A stretch of 32,000 bases of DNA from Candidatus Omnitrophota bacterium (GTDB lineage Bacteria > Omnitrophota > Gorgyraeia > Zapsychrales > JANLHA01). Location: NCBI GenBank assembly GCA_963662715.1, contig OY759724.1, positions 960,001-992,000 on the forward strand, read 5' to 3'. Every line of letters starts with the position of its first letter. The stretch's first letter is position 1. The notes beneath the pieces were generated by a model. That model had not been told where the DNA came from. It saw nothing but the letters and a program-made list of their open reading frames with translations, and ran no database searches. Positions 31,144 through 32,000 of the stretch are shown in pieces. The translations under genes were made by a program, and so were the position numbers.

Positions 31144-32000
31144 TTATACAACAATGTTAATAAGCTTCTCGGGAACGACAATGAATTTTTTGACCGGCTT
31201 GCCCGCTAAATGACGCTGAATGGTTTCATCAGCCAGAACCATGTCTTTGAGTTCATCTTCCGGCATATCGGCCGGCACTTCAAACTTGGCGCGCAGCTTG
31301 CCGTTGATCTGCGCAACCATTAAAATAACATCCTTTATCAATGAGCCTTCTTCATAAGAGGGCCAAGGCACCCGGCTGACGCTTTCCTCCGCACCGTTCA
31401 TCTTTTGCCACAATTCTTCACAGATATGCGGAGTGAGCGGGGCCAGCATTAAGACAGTTGTCTCAATGGCTTTATTCAAGACAGCCTGGCGTACCGGCTG
31501 ATCCTCAACGGAAAATTTTTCCATCCGGTTCATAAGAATCATAATCTGACTGATCGCCGTATTAAATTTAAAACCCTGACTGATGTCCTCGGAGATCTTC
31601 TTAATGGAAAAGTTCCTTTCCTGCTCCAGCTCTTTCGCGTCTCCCGGAAGAGCGGCAAAAGAATACTGTTCATCGACAGGGTGATGCTTATTATGCACGA
31701 TATTCCACACCCGGCTCAAGAACTTCCACGACCCGTCAATAGCATGGTCGTTCCATTCCAGCTGGTCTTCCGGGGGGGCGGCGAAAAGGATGAACAGCCG
31801 GAGGGTGTCCGCGCCGTACTTGGCGATAACGGCATCCGGATCCACGGTGTTCCCCCTGGATTTAGACATAACCTCCCCGTCTTTCAAAACCATGCCCTGC
31901 GTTAATAAACGGTCAAAAGGCTCATCAAAAGAAATCCACCCCAAATCCTTCAGAAACTTGGTAAAAAAACGCGAATACAATAAATGCAGGATGGCATGCT
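31144..32000 (-). CDS. leuS: Leucyl-tRNA synthetase, C-terminal part; the 5' end runs off the window
   Basis: The reading frame is open to the window edge. Upstream of the track start it reads HAILHLLYSRFFTKFLKDLG (LeuS signature). The KMSKS loop is VMSKSRGN. An anticodon-binding/C-terminal domain follows. Confidence 0.9.
   Translation of the reverse strand, partial: HAILHLLYSRFFTKFLKDLGWISFDEPFDRLLTQGMVLKDGEVMSKSRGNTVDPDAVIAKYGADTLRLFILFAAPPEDQLEWNDHAIDGSWKFLSRVWNIVHNKHHPVDEQYSFAALPGDAKELEQERNFSIKKISEDISQGFKFNTAISQIMILMNRMEKFSVEDQPVRQAVLNKAIETTVLMLAPLTPHICEELWQKMNGAEESVSRVPWPSYEEGSLIKDVILMVAQINGKLRAKFEVPADMPEDELKDMVLADETIQRHLAGKPVKKFIVVPEKLINIVV

Noticed and set aside
31772-31778. G7 run (C7 on the coding strand) in leuS, considered as a phase-variation site
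   Set aside because: It lies in an essential housekeeping gene and encodes Pro-Pro. It serves instead as a caution that 7-nt runs alone do not prove phase variation in the GT39 gene.
1-32000. Scan for CRISPR arrays, tRNA/rRNA/tmRNA genes, reverse transcriptases and known defence-system genes
   Set aside because: I found no regularly spaced direct repeats, no tRNA-like T-arm or acceptor patterns in the intergenic gaps, and no RT, Cas, restriction or toxin-antitoxin-like ORFs. A by-eye scan cannot exclude small structured RNAs.

Overview
This is a gene-dense 32-kb chromosomal segment from a diderm bacterium (Wza, BamD-like, LptE-like and MurJ are all present). Only two genes are on the + strand. 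I saw no rRNA, tRNA or CRISPR array.

Gene content, left to right:
- 1-4.5 kb: an exopolysaccharide export module (Wzc-like co-polymerase/BY-kinase cut by the window edge, Wza-like lipoprotein, beta-barrel OMP) with a divergent secreted TIM-barrel glycosidase-like gene.
- 4.6-14.7 kb: housekeeping and envelope genes: htpX, a pilT-like ATPase, ogt, a short uvrC, murJ, rpsT, holA, lptE, bamD-like, comEC, comEA.
- 14.9-20 kb: a visibly more AT-rich block with a TRL lipoprotein, an orphan 7TM-GAF histidine kinase, a GT39/ArnT-like glycosyltransferase and a small HUH/Y1 (IS200/RayT-type) transposase.
- 20-31 kb: an ECF sigma factor with an anti-sigma::vWA fusion, a small TPR protein, two paralogous secreted clan GH-A glycosidases, a DUF1570-like HExxH peptidase, an ABC permease carrying a large extra domain, an ABC ATPase and a YtrA-type GntR regulator.
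- 31.1-32 kb: the 3' part of leuS.

Most notable observations:
1. The Y1 transposase is bounded by 55-nt composite inverted repeats: a GGGACC(C/G)GGTCCC palindrome, a 30-nt spacer, then GGGACACTTCT. A solo copy of the same 55-nt unit sits 14.7 kb away, so this looks like a REPtron/MITE-like family.
2. The 20-31 kb envelope-glycan locus has unusual domain fusions and glycosidases that resemble GH72.
3. An orphan + strand promoter-plus-terminator pair lies inside a minus-strand operon gap, which makes it a candidate sRNA.
4. Sequence-level oddities occur in HtpX (a perfect EF-hand loop insert), PilT (Walker B Glu replaced), UvrC (no HhH domain) and the GT39 gene (G7-G8 tracts).

All calls come from reading the sequence and from remembered family motifs. 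No database search was run.
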